Source of the DNA: Octopus vulgaris
Lineage: Eukaryota
Direction: 5' to 3'
DNA: 64,000 bases
Assembly: GCA_951406725.2 (NCBI GenBank)
Contig: OX597818.1
Span: 78,058,001 to 78,122,000 of the forward strand
Shown: positions 1-15,164 of the stretch, piece by piece
Layout of the letters: each line of letters opens with the position of its first letter
How positions within the stretch are numbered: the first letter of the stretch is position 1
Translations under genes and position numbers: made by a program
Notes under the pieces: model-generated
The model's input: only the letters and a program-made list of their open reading frames with translations
What the model was told of the DNA's origin: nothing
Databases searched by the model: none

Positions 1-30
1 TTTTTTTTTACCTCACACCCACTCATATAT

Positions 31-130
31 NNNNNNNNNNNNNNNNNNNNNNNNNNNNNNNNNNNNNNNNNNNNNNNNNNNNNNNNNNNNNNNNNNNNNN
101 NNNNNNNNNNNNNNNNNNNNNNNNNNNNNN
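31..130. other. Assembly gap (100 N)
   Basis: Run of N next to (TA)n sequence. Confidence 0.99.
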
Positions 131-196
131 TGATTGATTGATTCCAGTTTCAGCCTCATGAGCTGTGGCCATGCTGGGGCACCGCCATTTATATAT

Positions 197-305
<109 letters not shown>

Positions 306-390
306 ATGTTGTGCGGGACAAAAATCACGAAAGGACTTATATATATAACTCCTTTATTTACTATATCACAGCATGACGGACGAATGCGCA

Positions 391-445
<55 letters not shown>

Positions 446-835
446 CCACACACACATACACACGTTCGTCGGAGCGTCGAGGATCCTATAGTCACTCTTA
501 AGGATGACTGGTGACTTGCGCAATAACTTTGTTTAAAGTGAACAAAAAGTTGTGCATCGTCAACTTCACCCTGTCATCCGTGACCGTCTTAATCCAGGGA
601 CAAGAACCTGGTCAAGACGACTGGGGATGGAAATGAGTCGCTGCAGTCGCCTTCCCCTCCGTTGAACCACGAATGTTTCTTTTGCAGAATCCGCCGGATC
701 TAGTCTTCACGTGCATAGGTAGACAAGCTTTAATACGCCAAGTAACCCATGGATGAGATCCTGACAGATGCAACTACTCTGGGGCAGGGTAGGCCTGGAA
801 ACAATAGTGGGTAAAGGCTGGCTCATTTTCCTCAA

Positions 836-1030
<195 letters not shown>

Positions 1031-1345
1031 TGAATGAATGAAACGTGTGTGAGAGTACTCTAGGTGTGATAATCACAGCTTGAAAAATACAAAAATAGTA
1101 ATAAAAAGAATCTATTAAAATTTCAGGCTTTTCGTGACTTCTAAATGTGTGTGTATGCATATTATATGTATGTGTATGTATGAATATGCTTGTGCGTGTG
1201 TGAATGTATGTATGTGTGCGACTTACATCCATAGCTACGGTGGTGTGTGTGTATGGGGGAGGGTCGTCTAAAACTGTCAACCTCCCTACCGCAACATAGG
1301 GGTGTTATGATGCTTGAACATATATGGATACATGTGTGTGTGTGT

Positions 1346-1379
<34 letters not shown>

Positions 1380-1417
1380 AACCGTGCACGCTCGTGCGCG
1401 CGCCACAGATACTCACA

Positions 1418-1472
<55 letters not shown>

Positions 1473-1671
1473 CTATGTAACTATTCAACAAAGAACCATC
1501 AATATGGCCGCTCGACTTGCTAGAAATAACAGTCAATTCTTTCTCATATCACAGGTTACCGTCTTCAAAAAGAAGGTCGCATTGTAGTATGTATAACACT
1601 AGGTGGTGATCTAGTCACCCTTGGAACCCCTTCTATTGGGCCAGAACCACTGCTATGTCTGTATAGAACAA

Positions 1672-1852
1672 GGCGGCGAGCTTGTTAGTGAGTCGGACAC
1701 AATGTTTCCGGCTCTTTACGCACTGGTTTCAAATTCCGCTGAGGTCGACGCTGTCTTTTTTTTCCATTCGGGGGGCGATAAAATAAGTGTCTGTTGAACA
1801 GTGGGTTTCATGTAATCAACTTGTTTCCCTTAAAATTGCTGGCCTTGTGCCA
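1672..1852 (+). mobile_element. tRNA-derived SINE, family B (diverged copy)
   Basis: ggcggcgagct...ttcaaattccgctgaggtcgac...gataaaataagt matches the better copies at 8841 and 38349. Confidence 0.7.
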
Positions 1853-2337
1853 TTATGTCTGTATGGAATATATGTAAGGAATATAGGATTGGATAATCCT
1901 GGAACACCTTTGATCTGATGATAGGATTACTGGATCATAGATCGCCTAGGGTTAAACAACAACAACAACGACGGCGACAACACTTCGCGGTCTTGCCCCA
2001 CCTCCTTTCACCGCCCACTTATTATAATGATAGGCTGTTACATAGAATAAGAAAGTCACACAAACACGCACACACGTACAAATATACATGCACCACTCAC
2101 ACATGTACACACACATGCAGGCATATATTCACACCTTTTATTAATTTTATTATCATTAGTATTATTATTATTATTATTTTCTCTTTTTCCTTTGTATTGT
2201 TACAAGTCCGTCAAATTGTCAGTGATTATATTCACGCAAGCCAACGCACATTGATTAATATAGGCGGTAGGTGGGAAGCTAAAGGAATCGACAAGACGTC
2301 AGTTAATAAAGCGCGCGCGCGCACACACACACACACA

Positions 2338-2422
<85 letters not shown>

Positions 2423-3946
2423 CATGCGCCTACACTCCGGTGGGGATCTTAATAACGAGTACTATCGCAGCTCACTTCCTCTCCCTCCCTCCCTCTCTCT
2501 CTCTCTCCCTCACTCTCTCTCTCTCTCTCTCCCTCTCGCTCTTTCTGTTTATTAGACGTAAATGACAGCCCTTGTCTGTTTCATTACGTTTCACCTGGCG
2601 AGAGATGCTGTACAACTTAACAACGAGCTTTATTTCCTAGACATAACTGAAGTAAGTTAACCCAATCTCTTCATCTCCAACACCTTTCTTTTTTTTCATC
2701 ACTGGCCGTAACTAATGTTGTTCTTATTGTTATTGTGATTAATTACTATCTATTACTATTATTAATATCATAATCATGTTTTCAAGTTTCATACGACTTC
2801 TTACAGTACCACTAAGCGCACCTCCGTAATCCTGGCCTGTAAGAAGCAGATTACTTAAGGCTGTAGAAATAGTATTCTTTTTTCTTCTTTTTTTCTTCGC
2901 TTTCTTTTCTTTGCTGCGAGGTTTTGTTTTGTTGTTCCCCCGTACTATTTCCACGTTTGTTGTTGTGATCAGGATATGCCATGAGGTTCTGTTAAGAATT
3001 TTACAACGGAAAACGGTGAAGAGTGGGTGTTATGTAATGAAACAATAATCTCATAAATCTCTTTTGTAGAATAATAATAATTATAATAATAATAATAATA
3101 ATAATTTCTTTATTAACCACAAGGGTTAATGTTAATAATGATAATAATAATTGTTTGTAACTTTCTGGCTCGAGGACAGAGATTTTCAGAGGGAGGGGGA
3201 GTTTGTTCAATATTTCCACTGATACTTTATTTTATCGAACGCAGATTGATGGAAAGCTAAGTTAATCTCGCTTGTGATTCGAACTGAGAACGTCAAGATC
3301 CACTACAAACGCTGCAAGGTTGTTTTGTTCGATACTTTATCAATTCCGCCAGATAACAACAATAATGATGATGATGATGATGATGATAATAATAATAATA
3401 ATTTATTTATTAACCACTAGGGCTTACATTAAGAAAAAACCCAATGGACAGCATAGAACAAAACAAAGAATGTGTGTGTGTGGGTGTGTTGTGAGGGTTT
3501 TGCGTGTAAACAAAACTAACAAAATTATAAAAAAAAGAGAGAAAGAAAGAAATCAATGTTTGATTCTCAATAGGGAGGAGGCATTTGAAGGCTGCCCATT
3601 GAAAGACCCCATAAAAAAACTATGGGTACCCCGACTTTTGGGGCAGGTGCCTTTTTCCTATGATGATAATAATAATAATAATAATAATAATAACAGTCCT
3701 CTCTACAATCGGCACACGACCTGAAATTTTGTGTGTGGGTTGGTGGGTGGGTGGAAGGTCTTGTCGATTACGTTGACACCAGTCCTTGACTGCTACTTTA
3801 TTTATCGACCCCACCCCCAAAGGATGAAAGGCAAAAGTCGACTTCGTACGATTCCAGATTTTGGTTCTTGGCTAGTAATTTTGAGAATAATTAGCTACTT
3901 GTTTATCAATCACTCTTAAACCCTCCCGAAATGTATGTATGTAACT

Positions 3947-3947
<1 letters not shown>

Positions 3948-3996
<49 letters not shown>

Positions 3997-3997
3997 T

Positions 3998-4080
<83 letters not shown>

Positions 4081-4095
4081 ATCTCTCTCTCTTTC

Positions 4096-4126
<31 letters not shown>

Positions 4127-4133
4127 CTCTTTC

Positions 4134-4174
<41 letters not shown>

Positions 4175-4192
4175 ATATCTTATCTCTCTCAC

Positions 4193-4272
<80 letters not shown>
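3948..4272. repeat. (CT)n/(TCTA)n compound microsatellite
   Basis: Direct reading of the sequence. Confidence 0.95.
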
Positions 4273-4274
<2 letters not shown>

Positions 4275-4642
4275 ACAATTATTCAGAAAAGAAGACAGGT
4301 GAAGGAACAACGAACAAAATGCATTAATTTGATGCTAAGGAAAGAGGGGAGAGCTCCCCCCTCTCTCTCCCCCCACACACATACACACACACACTCATAA
4401 ATTCGCATATACAATCATGAGCGTGGATGTTTGCATGTATATATAAGTGCCCTGACTGTGTGGCCGTGTATGTATTTATGTATATATAACTATGTAAATA
4501 TGAAACAACTATTCTTTTAAACACGATCCATTAATAACACGATTATGTTCAAGTTTAATTTTCTTTATATAGAGTATTTTCTTAGACCTTATGTATATAT
4601 GTTATATATAAAAATGCTGTATATATATATATAAAAATGCTG

Positions 4643-4673
<31 letters not shown>

Positions 4674-4802
4674 TTTTTCTTTTTTTTTTCAAATATTAAT
4701 TTATGGTGGTAATAGTGTCTTTTGACGCCTATTTTTCAGTGCATGATGAGGCGCAAGCCAAGTCCTTATAATTATGTATATTATAGATTTTTTGTGTGCA
4801 TA

Positions 4803-4861
<59 letters not shown>

Positions 4862-5029
4862 TTTTATCTTTTACTTGTTTAAGTTAATAGGGTGAAGCCA
4901 TGCTGGGGCACTGCCTTGAAGAATTTTAGTAGAACGTATCAATCTCAGTACTTACTTATTAATATCTGGTACTTATTCTATATTTCTCTTTCTCCAAACT
5001 GCTAGGTTATATATATATTCTTTTATTCT

Positions 5030-5427
5030 TTTACTCTTTTACTTGTTTCAGTCATTTGACTGCGGCCATGCTGGAGCACCGCCTTTAATCGAGCAACTCG
5101 ACCCCGGGACTTATTCTTTTGTAAGTCCAGTACTTATTCTATCGGTCTCTTTTGCCGAACCGCTAAGTAACGGGGACATAAACACACCAGCATCGGTTGT
5201 CAAGCAATGCTAGGAGGACAAACACAGATACAAACACACATACGCACATATATATATATATACATATATACGACGGGCTTCTTTCAGTTTCCGTCTACCA
5301 AATCCACTCACTAGGCTTTGGTCGGCCCGAGGCTATAGTAGAAGACACTTGTCCAAGATGCCACGCAATGGGACTGAACCCGGAACCATGTAGTTGGTAA
5401 ATAAGCTACCTACCACACAGCCACTCC
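5030..5427 (-). mobile_element. tRNA-derived SINE, family A (internal CA/TA microsatellite)
   Basis: Minus-strand head ggagtggctgtgtggtag...gggttcagtccc has Pol III A/B-box-like motifs. About ten related copies occur in the window. Confidence 0.85.
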
Positions 5428-6154
5428 ATATATATAGTATGTTTGCTTGTATGTTTGTATGAAAGCATGTAGTTTGTTTCTCTGCAGAATGCAAGCTGGT
5501 CACTTAAAAAGTGATTAAGCTAACTCTTGGACTTTGTGGTTATCTGAATTGGCTGATGTATGCATATGTATATCTGTATATGTTATGCATGTGTGTTTGT
5601 GTGGATAAGCCTGTACTCGTGTTGAAGGTACAAATGTCACTTTAATACACAAGTGTATGCGTATTTCTGTTTTTGTATTGTATATGTACATGTGACTGTA
5701 CGTATGTATGCATTCTGCCGAAGAACATCAAAACGAGAACCCTCGGAATGCTTTACAAACTCTACTGTATTTTAAATCTATTATGTTTAGAAAATACGAA
5801 TCAGAGTGCTTTGTTTGATGGCGAGTCATTGGGGTTACTAGGGTTTATTTATTTTTATGCTCTGCTTTCTGAGTTCGATTTCTATTGAAGCCAACTTCTG
5901 TTACTATTTCGGGTTCTTGGAAATAGCATTCTAGGATGGCGAATTGATGGATTCCATATAATGTGGGACTGGATACCTGGTTGTGCTTCATCTAGTTCTC
6001 TGCATTCTGACGGCAACGTTACGAGCAACGGTCATGCCTGTTCTTTGGACAATGTTGTCAGGGGCCATGCAGAGTGGAGTGGAACAACAGGTGGTCCTAC
6101 GCGCGCGCACAAGTATTTGGGGGGAGGAGAAAGTGTGTGTGCGTGTGTGAGTGT

Positions 6155-6195
<41 letters not shown>

Positions 6196-6204
6196 TGTCA
6201 GTGT

Positions 6205-6243
<39 letters not shown>

Positions 6244-6386
6244 TGAGAGAGAGATAACTTATTAACTGTAGGCACGTCTTGGAGAGAAACTTTCCGGTTG
6301 CAGATACACAGGCCGTCTACAACGGGCGACAAACGCCATTGCAAATGTATATATATGTGCGTGGATGAGTATGTAAATATGTGGGT

Positions 6387-6428
<42 letters not shown>

Positions 6429-6629
6429 TACGTATATATACGTGTATGTATATATGTAAGTGTATGTATATGTGTGTATGAGTCGGTGAATGTAAGTGCA
6501 AAGTCAGAAAGAAAATCGAAATTCTGCGGGTGTAGAAACCACCTGTTAATTTGAAGATGTGTTTAACTCTTTCATTGGTTTCTTATTTTTATAGATATAT
6601 ATCATGTGTGTTTATGCATGTATATACAT

Positions 6630-8515
<1,886 letters not shown>

Positions 8516-8840
8516 GGGTACAGGAATAAAAAAAAACGTTGAACAGAATGAGAAACGAAAACAAAAAAAGACATAGAAAACGAACTTGTTTTTCGAACAA
8601 GGAAATAAACAAACAGAGAAACGAGATATGCATAAAGAATGCTCCACTTCATCAGTTATCCCTGTTTCATCCACTCCGCGTTTTCGAGGAAAGTACAATA
8701 CGCGACTTTGTTGAAACAGTCCTTCCTGCAATGCAAATTAAATAAAATTTGGGATTTTTTGCGGAGGGTGAAAGTGGTAAGAAGAACAGGGCAGTGTGAA
8801 CAAGACGGTAAAAACAAACGGCGAAAGCTCTTAAGCCAAG

Positions 8841-9070
8841 ACGATGAGTTGGCAGAAACGTTAGCACGCCGGGCGAAATGCGTAGCCGTATTTCGCCTGT
8901 CGTTACGTTCCGAGTTCAAATTCCGCCGAGGTCGACTTTACCTTTCATCCTTTCGGGGTCGATAAATTAAGTACCAGTTATGCACTGGGGTCGATGTAAT
9001 CGACTTAATCCCTTTGTCTGTCCTTGTTTGTCCTCTCTGTGTTTAGCCCCGTGTGGGTAGTAAAGAAATA
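8841..9070 (+). mobile_element. tRNA-derived SINE, family B (young copy)
   Basis: tggcagaaacgttag (A box-like), gagttcaaattcc (B box-like), core cctttcatcctttcggggtcgataaattaagtaccag. Near-identical to 38349-38582. Confidence 0.88.
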
Positions 9071-9084
9071 TATATACATATATA

Positions 9085-9120
<36 letters not shown>

Positions 9121-9139
9121 ATGAATATATATGTATATA

Positions 9140-9187
<48 letters not shown>

Positions 9188-9249
9188 ATGAATATATATG
9201 TATATATGCATAAATATATATATATTAGCATTTATATATACGCATGTGT

Positions 9250-9546
9250 AGAGGCTCAAAGGCCCAGTGGTTAGGGCAGCGGACTCGCGGTTTCGATTAC
9301 CAGACCGGACGTTGTGAGTGTTTATTGAGCGAAAACACCTAAAGCTCCACGAGACTCCAGCAAGGGGTTGTAACGATCCCTGCTGTACTCTTTCGCCACA
9401 GCTTTCTCTCACTCTTTCATCTGTTGGCCTGCTCGCTTAGCCAGCGGGGTGGCGTCATTTGAAGGCTAAAACAATGCGAACGCATTGTGACCAGCGATGT
9501 ATAGCAACATCTAATAGCCTGGTCAGTCACGGTGATCACGGTGATA
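9250..9546 (+). mobile_element. tRNA-derived SINE, family C
   Basis: Head ggcccagtggttagggcagcggactcgcgg recurs inverted at 11580-11712. The 3' tail recurs at 36022-36142. Confidence 0.75.
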
Positions 9547-9654
9547 TACGCATGTATATATATATATTTAAAGTCAAACCTCCATATTTAAACAGTCAAA
9601 CCTCCATACATGCGTACATGCACTTACATATGCATACATATACAAGCTCTTTTA

Positions 9655-9829
9655 TTCCTTTACTCTTGTATTTGTTTCAGTCATTTGACTGCGGTCACGC
9701 TGGAGCAGTGCTCCAGCAATTCTTTGTAAGCCTAGTACTTACTCTATCGGTCCCTTTAGCCGAACTGCTAACGTAAACATACCAGCATCGTTTGTCAAGC
9801 GATGGTGTGGGGGACAGACACACAACACA

Positions 9830-9878
<49 letters not shown>

Positions 9879-10041
9879 GACGTGCTTCTTTCAGTTTCCG
9901 TCTTCCAAATTCACTCAGAAAGGCTTTCGTCGGTTCTAGACTATAATAGAAGATACTTGCCCAAGGTGCCAAGTAGTGGGACTGAAACCGGAACCATGTG
10001 GTTGGTAAGCAAGCTACTTACCACACATCCACTTCTGCGCC
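9655..10041 (-). mobile_element. SINE family A
   Basis: Collinear with 5030-5427. Confidence 0.85.
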
Positions 10042-10465
10042 TATATGCATTAGCTATTTCATCTTTAAATATGAAAAATTAATTTATTAGGTCTTTATTA
10101 TATGTGCATATATATTTATTTATAGAGATTATTTTAGATCTTAATTATAATATTTATATATATTTATATATTTTCATTGATAATTTATATATTATTTAAA
10201 TTTTATATTTTAATAATATGAATAATCGTTTTTTGTAAAATATTTATGTAATTAGATATTGACTATTACTGATATTAGATTATTGGTGGGTTTCTTACCT
10301 TAAAAATTAAAATGAATATTTAACATTATAATCGTTGTTTTGACATAATCATAATCGTTAAGTTTCTAGTTTGATAATAGAGTTTTTTATAAGAAAATTT
10401 ATTATATTATTTATTTCTTAAAAAATATTATTTAAATATTTTTGATTATTTATTAAAATATTACA

Positions 10466-10566
10466 ATTAACCTGAAGATTGACTGTAACCACTACTCGAA
10501 TTATTAATTGAATTTAAATTATTGTTATTCGAATTGGTTACGGGCATGAAACGATCGTAGTGTTTT
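10466..10566 (+). ncRNA. Hammerhead-ribozyme-like motif (type I, long stem II), probably from a PLE pseudo-LTR
   Basis: CUGAAGA (10472-78), U, stem II ugacuguaacca/ugguuacgggca with inner ucgaau/auucga, U, GAAA (10548-51), CGAUC, GUA. ACGAUCGU is palindromic. Stem I is weak. Confidence 0.65.
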
Positions 10567-10613
10567 TACTCTTTATCTTATATTAAACTTTTAATACTTT
10601 TTGATAGTTAAAA

Positions 10614-10644
<31 letters not shown>

Positions 10645-11329
10645 TAAATATAAAAATAAAAAAAATATAAATAAAAATAAAAAGATAAATATTACATGTC
10701 TCTTAACCCTTATACCTTTTAATGTATACAGGCATACATACATATATGCATACACATATAATCACACATATATGTGCATATATATATGCATACACACACG
10801 TATATATATGCATATATATACACACATGTATACACGCACACGTAGATATATATTATACATATATACATACATACCTACATATACATACACATATACATAC
10901 ACACATATATATACATACGCACACATACATATACACATATACATACATAAATGTTCACAAATATATATATACATACACGTATAGATATATCTCAAGACAC
11001 ATACACATACATAAATACATTTCTCTGCATATGTGTGCATACACATCTGCATAACTGTACTTATGTACTCACATGAACATGTACGTGCGTGTGTGTATGC
11101 ATACATATACATATAAACACATACACGCGCACATATGTATATACACACAACCACAAACACAATAAATTCACACGCCCTTATACACACGTACATATATATA
11201 CGCAAATACATACATATGCACACATGTACACACATACACAAACATACAAGACATATAGACATACAAACATATATTCCTATATATATTTTTTATACATACA
11301 CACATACATGCACAATCACAGATACATAT

Positions 11330-11712
11330 CGAGGCACTCTGTCGGTTACGACGACAAGGGTTCCAGTTGATCCGATCAACGGACCAGCCTGCTCGTGAAA
11401 TTAACGTGCAAGTGGCTGAGCCTTCCACAGATACACATACTCTTAACGTAGTTCTCGGGGAGATTCAGCGTGACGCAGAGTATGATAAGGCTGGCCATTT
11501 GAAATACAGGTACGACAGAAACAGGAAGAAACAGTGAGAGAAAGTTGTGGTGAAAGAATACAGCAGAGTTCACCACCACCCCTTGCTAGAGCCTCGTGAA
11601 GCTTTAGGTGTTATCGCTCAATAAACACTCACAACGTCCGGTCGGGGGAATTGAAACCGCGATCCTATGACCGCGCGTCTGCAGCCCTAACCACTGGGCC
11701 ATTGTGTCTCCA
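11330..11712 (-). mobile_element. SINE with family C head and a different 3' tail
   Basis: Head is the reverse complement of 9250-9420. The tail recurs at about 56000-56210. Confidence 0.7.
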
Positions 11713-12903
11713 CACAGATAGATATATATACACCTATACACCCACACACCCACATATATATATATAGTACATAAAAGTGTATATACTCATATGTAGTTCT
11801 CATTATTCAGGCACTGTTTGGTTGGTGTCTTTCTGTGGATTGTTGGTATGGTAGTTCCGGCGGTTTTGGTATTATTTTTTGTTCAGTTTCGGTTGATATT
11901 TTCGAATAAAATATTCTTCCTTGTTCTTACGAAAATGTTAATTTTCTGTCCATAGTTTGAAGAAAGGGAATATTTTAAATTTTCTTTTCTCACATTTTTC
12001 GAAGTGTTCACTGCATGTTGTATTTCTAACAGAGGGGTCATAGATTTGTTATTCATGTACCCTTACCCTCTCATATAGTCCAATGCTTGTTTCACCTATG
12101 TATTCTTGCATTCGGGACATGTGGCACAATCGATTGGATTTCTGGATTTGCGATTCATATTTGCATTTATTTTAAAGGCGTTGTTGTCTTTCAAAGTAAT
12201 TTGTTCTCTTTGTTCAATGTAATCACACGTTCCACAGCGAGGGTCATCACAGTTTTGAACTCTGTTGTTTCTCTAGTGGTAAATATTACTTGGGTATTTG
12301 ACGTCTGCTATAAATTATTTTTGGATCTATAATTAATTTGTTCATTCTTGATGATTGTTGAAGAATTGGGAGGTATCTTTTTGCAGTGTTGATGATGTGA
12401 TTTTTTGGGTTGTCGGTGATGATAAAAAGAATGTTTATGAGTTCAATTTTATATCTGTATGTTTGTTTTCCTCTGAGGTGTGTAGTTAGGATGTTTTTTG
12501 CTTTGGTGATTGCTGCGTCAATTAAACTAGTGGAATATTTATGTTCTTTTAGAAATATTTTAAATTCCTGTAATCTTTTATCCCTTAATTCTACATCTGT
12601 TACTGTAGTGCAAATTGGTTTTGCCATGTTAACGGGTATGTTTCTTTTGGTATGTGTGAGATGGGAGGAATGAAAATTCAAATATTGATATATGTGTCTG
12701 TAGGTTTGTAGAAGAGGTCTGTTTTTATGGTATTATTTTCTGTAATTAGAAGCATGTCTAAAAACAGGAAATTCTTTTGTGCGTTGTTCCATGGTGGATT
12801 TTATTGAGGTATGTAAATTATTTAAAAGTGAGTGAAAGTTTCCTAAGTCTCTTTGGTTTTTGGTCCAGAATATAAAGCAGTCATCCAAATATCGTTTCCA
12901 GTT

Positions 12904-12958
<55 letters not shown>

Positions 12959-12963
<5 letters not shown>

Positions 12964-13460
12964 CATACATATAAGAGGGAATTTACCACTATGTGGAAGC
13001 TCTTATGCTAGAAGAAGATCCGCTATGGTCTTACCACTAAGAATTGTTCTCAAGAACATTTAGCAAACACCAGAAACGTAAGCGAGCAAGAAAAAGAAAA
13101 TTAACGAAAATATAGATTAATCATAAACAAATGTTTCACTATCAACAAATTACGTAATTTTACTTACATAATTTATCTGTAGATCTTCAGTATGATCGTC
13201 TATACAAATATAAAAATGAAAAACTACACACCGTCATTAACACATTTCTGGTGTTTGCTAAATTTTCTAGAGAACAATTCTTAGTGGTAAGACCATAGCA
13301 GATCTTCTTCTAGCATCAGTGTTTCCACATAGTGGTAAATTCCCTCTTATATGTATGTAATACTATTTATTTACTGAAACTCAGTTTTTATATGCTAGAC
13401 CACTGGTGTTAAAATTTATGTTATCAAATTAATATCCAATTGTTCACCCTCATTTTAATT
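12959..13460. mobile_element. Non-coding fold-back element (inverted pLTR-like arms) inserted at a TA site in the PLE RT
   Basis: Arms 12959-13079 and 13242-13362 are reverse complements with a few mismatches. Flanked by (TA)n. The host frame reads ..QFSVYI|NNWKRYLDD.. across the insertion. Confidence 0.85.
13119..13197 (-). ncRNA. Type I hammerhead ribozyme with extended stem II
   Basis: Minus-strand RNA: gaucaua CUGAAGA U cua-ca-gauaaauuauguaa guaaaa uuacguaauuuguu-ga-uag U GAAA CAUUU GUU / uaugauu. Core is intact, stem I is 7 bp (one G-U) and stem II about 17 bp. Predicted cleavage between 13126 and 13125. Confidence 0.8.
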
Positions 13461-13883
13461 TTATATATATATATAAACGGAGAATTGTTCGTTAAATGTT
13501 TCTGTTAGTTGCGAATAGAGTTTGATCACTAAGAAACCCATTACAAGTGTTACATAGGTGGAGGCTACTTTTGTCCCCATCACCGTTTATCTTATTTGTA
13601 AGTAGAAGTTGTCGAAGAAGTGATTATTTTCCAGTATTAATTTTAGTTAATCTAAAATGAAGGTTTTTGAGAATCTTTCCATGATATGATTCGGGTATTT
13701 TGTTAACCAGAAATTTATAGCTTTAGTTCCTAGATCGTGAGGGATATTGGTGCATAGACTAATTGCATCGAAACTAACAAGAATTGTCTCTTGGTGGACA
13801 CTTTTAGGTATGTAGTTTAAGAAGTCCATATCGTCCCAGACAAAGCTTGGTATCATTTTGCGTGAACGTTTTAGAACTAAATA

Positions 13884-15164
13884 TATTGGGTTGGCAACTA
13901 ACTTCCCGCCGTTTTTTTAAATTTTGGAATTTATTGTGTTTTTAAATTTCGGAATCTATTTTTTTCGACAATTCTACTTTTGAATCATTTTGGAATCTAT
14001 TTTTTTTTTTTTTAGTTAATTTTAGTTAATTTCTGTTTATTTTCAGAACATTGATGTGGAATGTCAAGTTAAGAAAAACGAGTATTTTCTACACCTCCTT
14101 CTTTTTGCTTTTAATAAAGGTTCTAAGGCCGCAAAAGTTGATCGCGACATTTGTGCTGTGTATGGAAAGGGTGCTATAGCTGAAAGAACTGCTCGTGATT
14201 GGTATGCCAAGTTCAAAAATGGAAATTTTGACCTCAAGACGCACCTCGTTCTGGCCGTCCAGTTGAGTTCGATGAAGAGCGATTAAACTAATATTTGCAC
14301 GAAAATTCTTGTCAAACAAGGGAACTGGCAGAGAAAATGGAATGCTCCCACACTGCTATAGAGAAGCATCTTCCCTCGATGGGAAAGGTTCAGAAGTATG
14401 GAGCATGGGTTTCGCATTATTTAAATGACAACAACAAAAATCAATGAGCCACAATCTCCGCTGGTTTGCTTGCTCGGCACCGCTCAACTCATGGACACAA
14501 GCAACGATTTCTTTACCGAATCGTTACTGGCGACAATAAATGGTGCCTGTACATCAATATGAAGCAGCGTAAGGAATGGCTTAGCCCCGGTAAACAAGCG
14601 ACACCGCACGTGAAACAAGATCTTTATCCGCGTAAAACGATGTTGTGCGTATGGTGGGACTGGGAAGGGATTATCCATTACGAATTGCTTGAACGGAACC
14701 AAACGGTCAACGCGGAACTCTATGTTCAACAGATGGAACGACTCATCACGGCTATTCAAGAGAAAAGACCTAATCAGCAGCATGGAGAACGCCCGACCTC
14801 ATATCGCCAATATGACCAAGGAAGCCATTCAAACGCATGGCTGGGGAAGTGCTGCCACACCCGCCGTACTCTCCTAGTTTGGCACCAACAGATTTCCTCT
14901 TCTTTCGATCTCTTTCAAATGCTATGCGCGGAGTTTCGTTCAGTACTGATGCAGAATTGAGAGCTTGGTTATATCAATTTTTCGAGTCGAAATAGGGTGA
15001 TTTCTACCAACGAAGTATTGAAAATCTTGTTGAACGTTGGAAAGAAGTTGTAAACAACAAGGGCGAATACATTATTGATAAATTAGTTGTTATTTTTTTT
15101 ATTAAACCTTTTTAAAAATTTAAATGAAAAAAAAAACAGTCGTAACTTAGTTGCCAACCTAGTA
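13884..15164 (+). mobile_element. Mariner DNA transposon, full length, defective transposase (about 14054-15080)
   Basis: TIRs tattgggttggcaactaa / ttagttgccaacctagta with TA flanks. Motifs RIVTGDNKW, KTMLCVWWDWEGIIHYELL, ENARPH and a frameshifted PPYSP-LAPTD-like box. Confidence 0.95.

Noticed and set aside
1330-2420. (TG)n(CG)n(CA)n tracts as functional Z-DNA or hairpin elements
   Set aside because: Common by-product of microsatellite evolution with no sign of function.
8625-8680. CUGAUGA on the minus strand as a hammerhead
   Set aside because: No downstream GAAA with a compatible stem II and no stem I.
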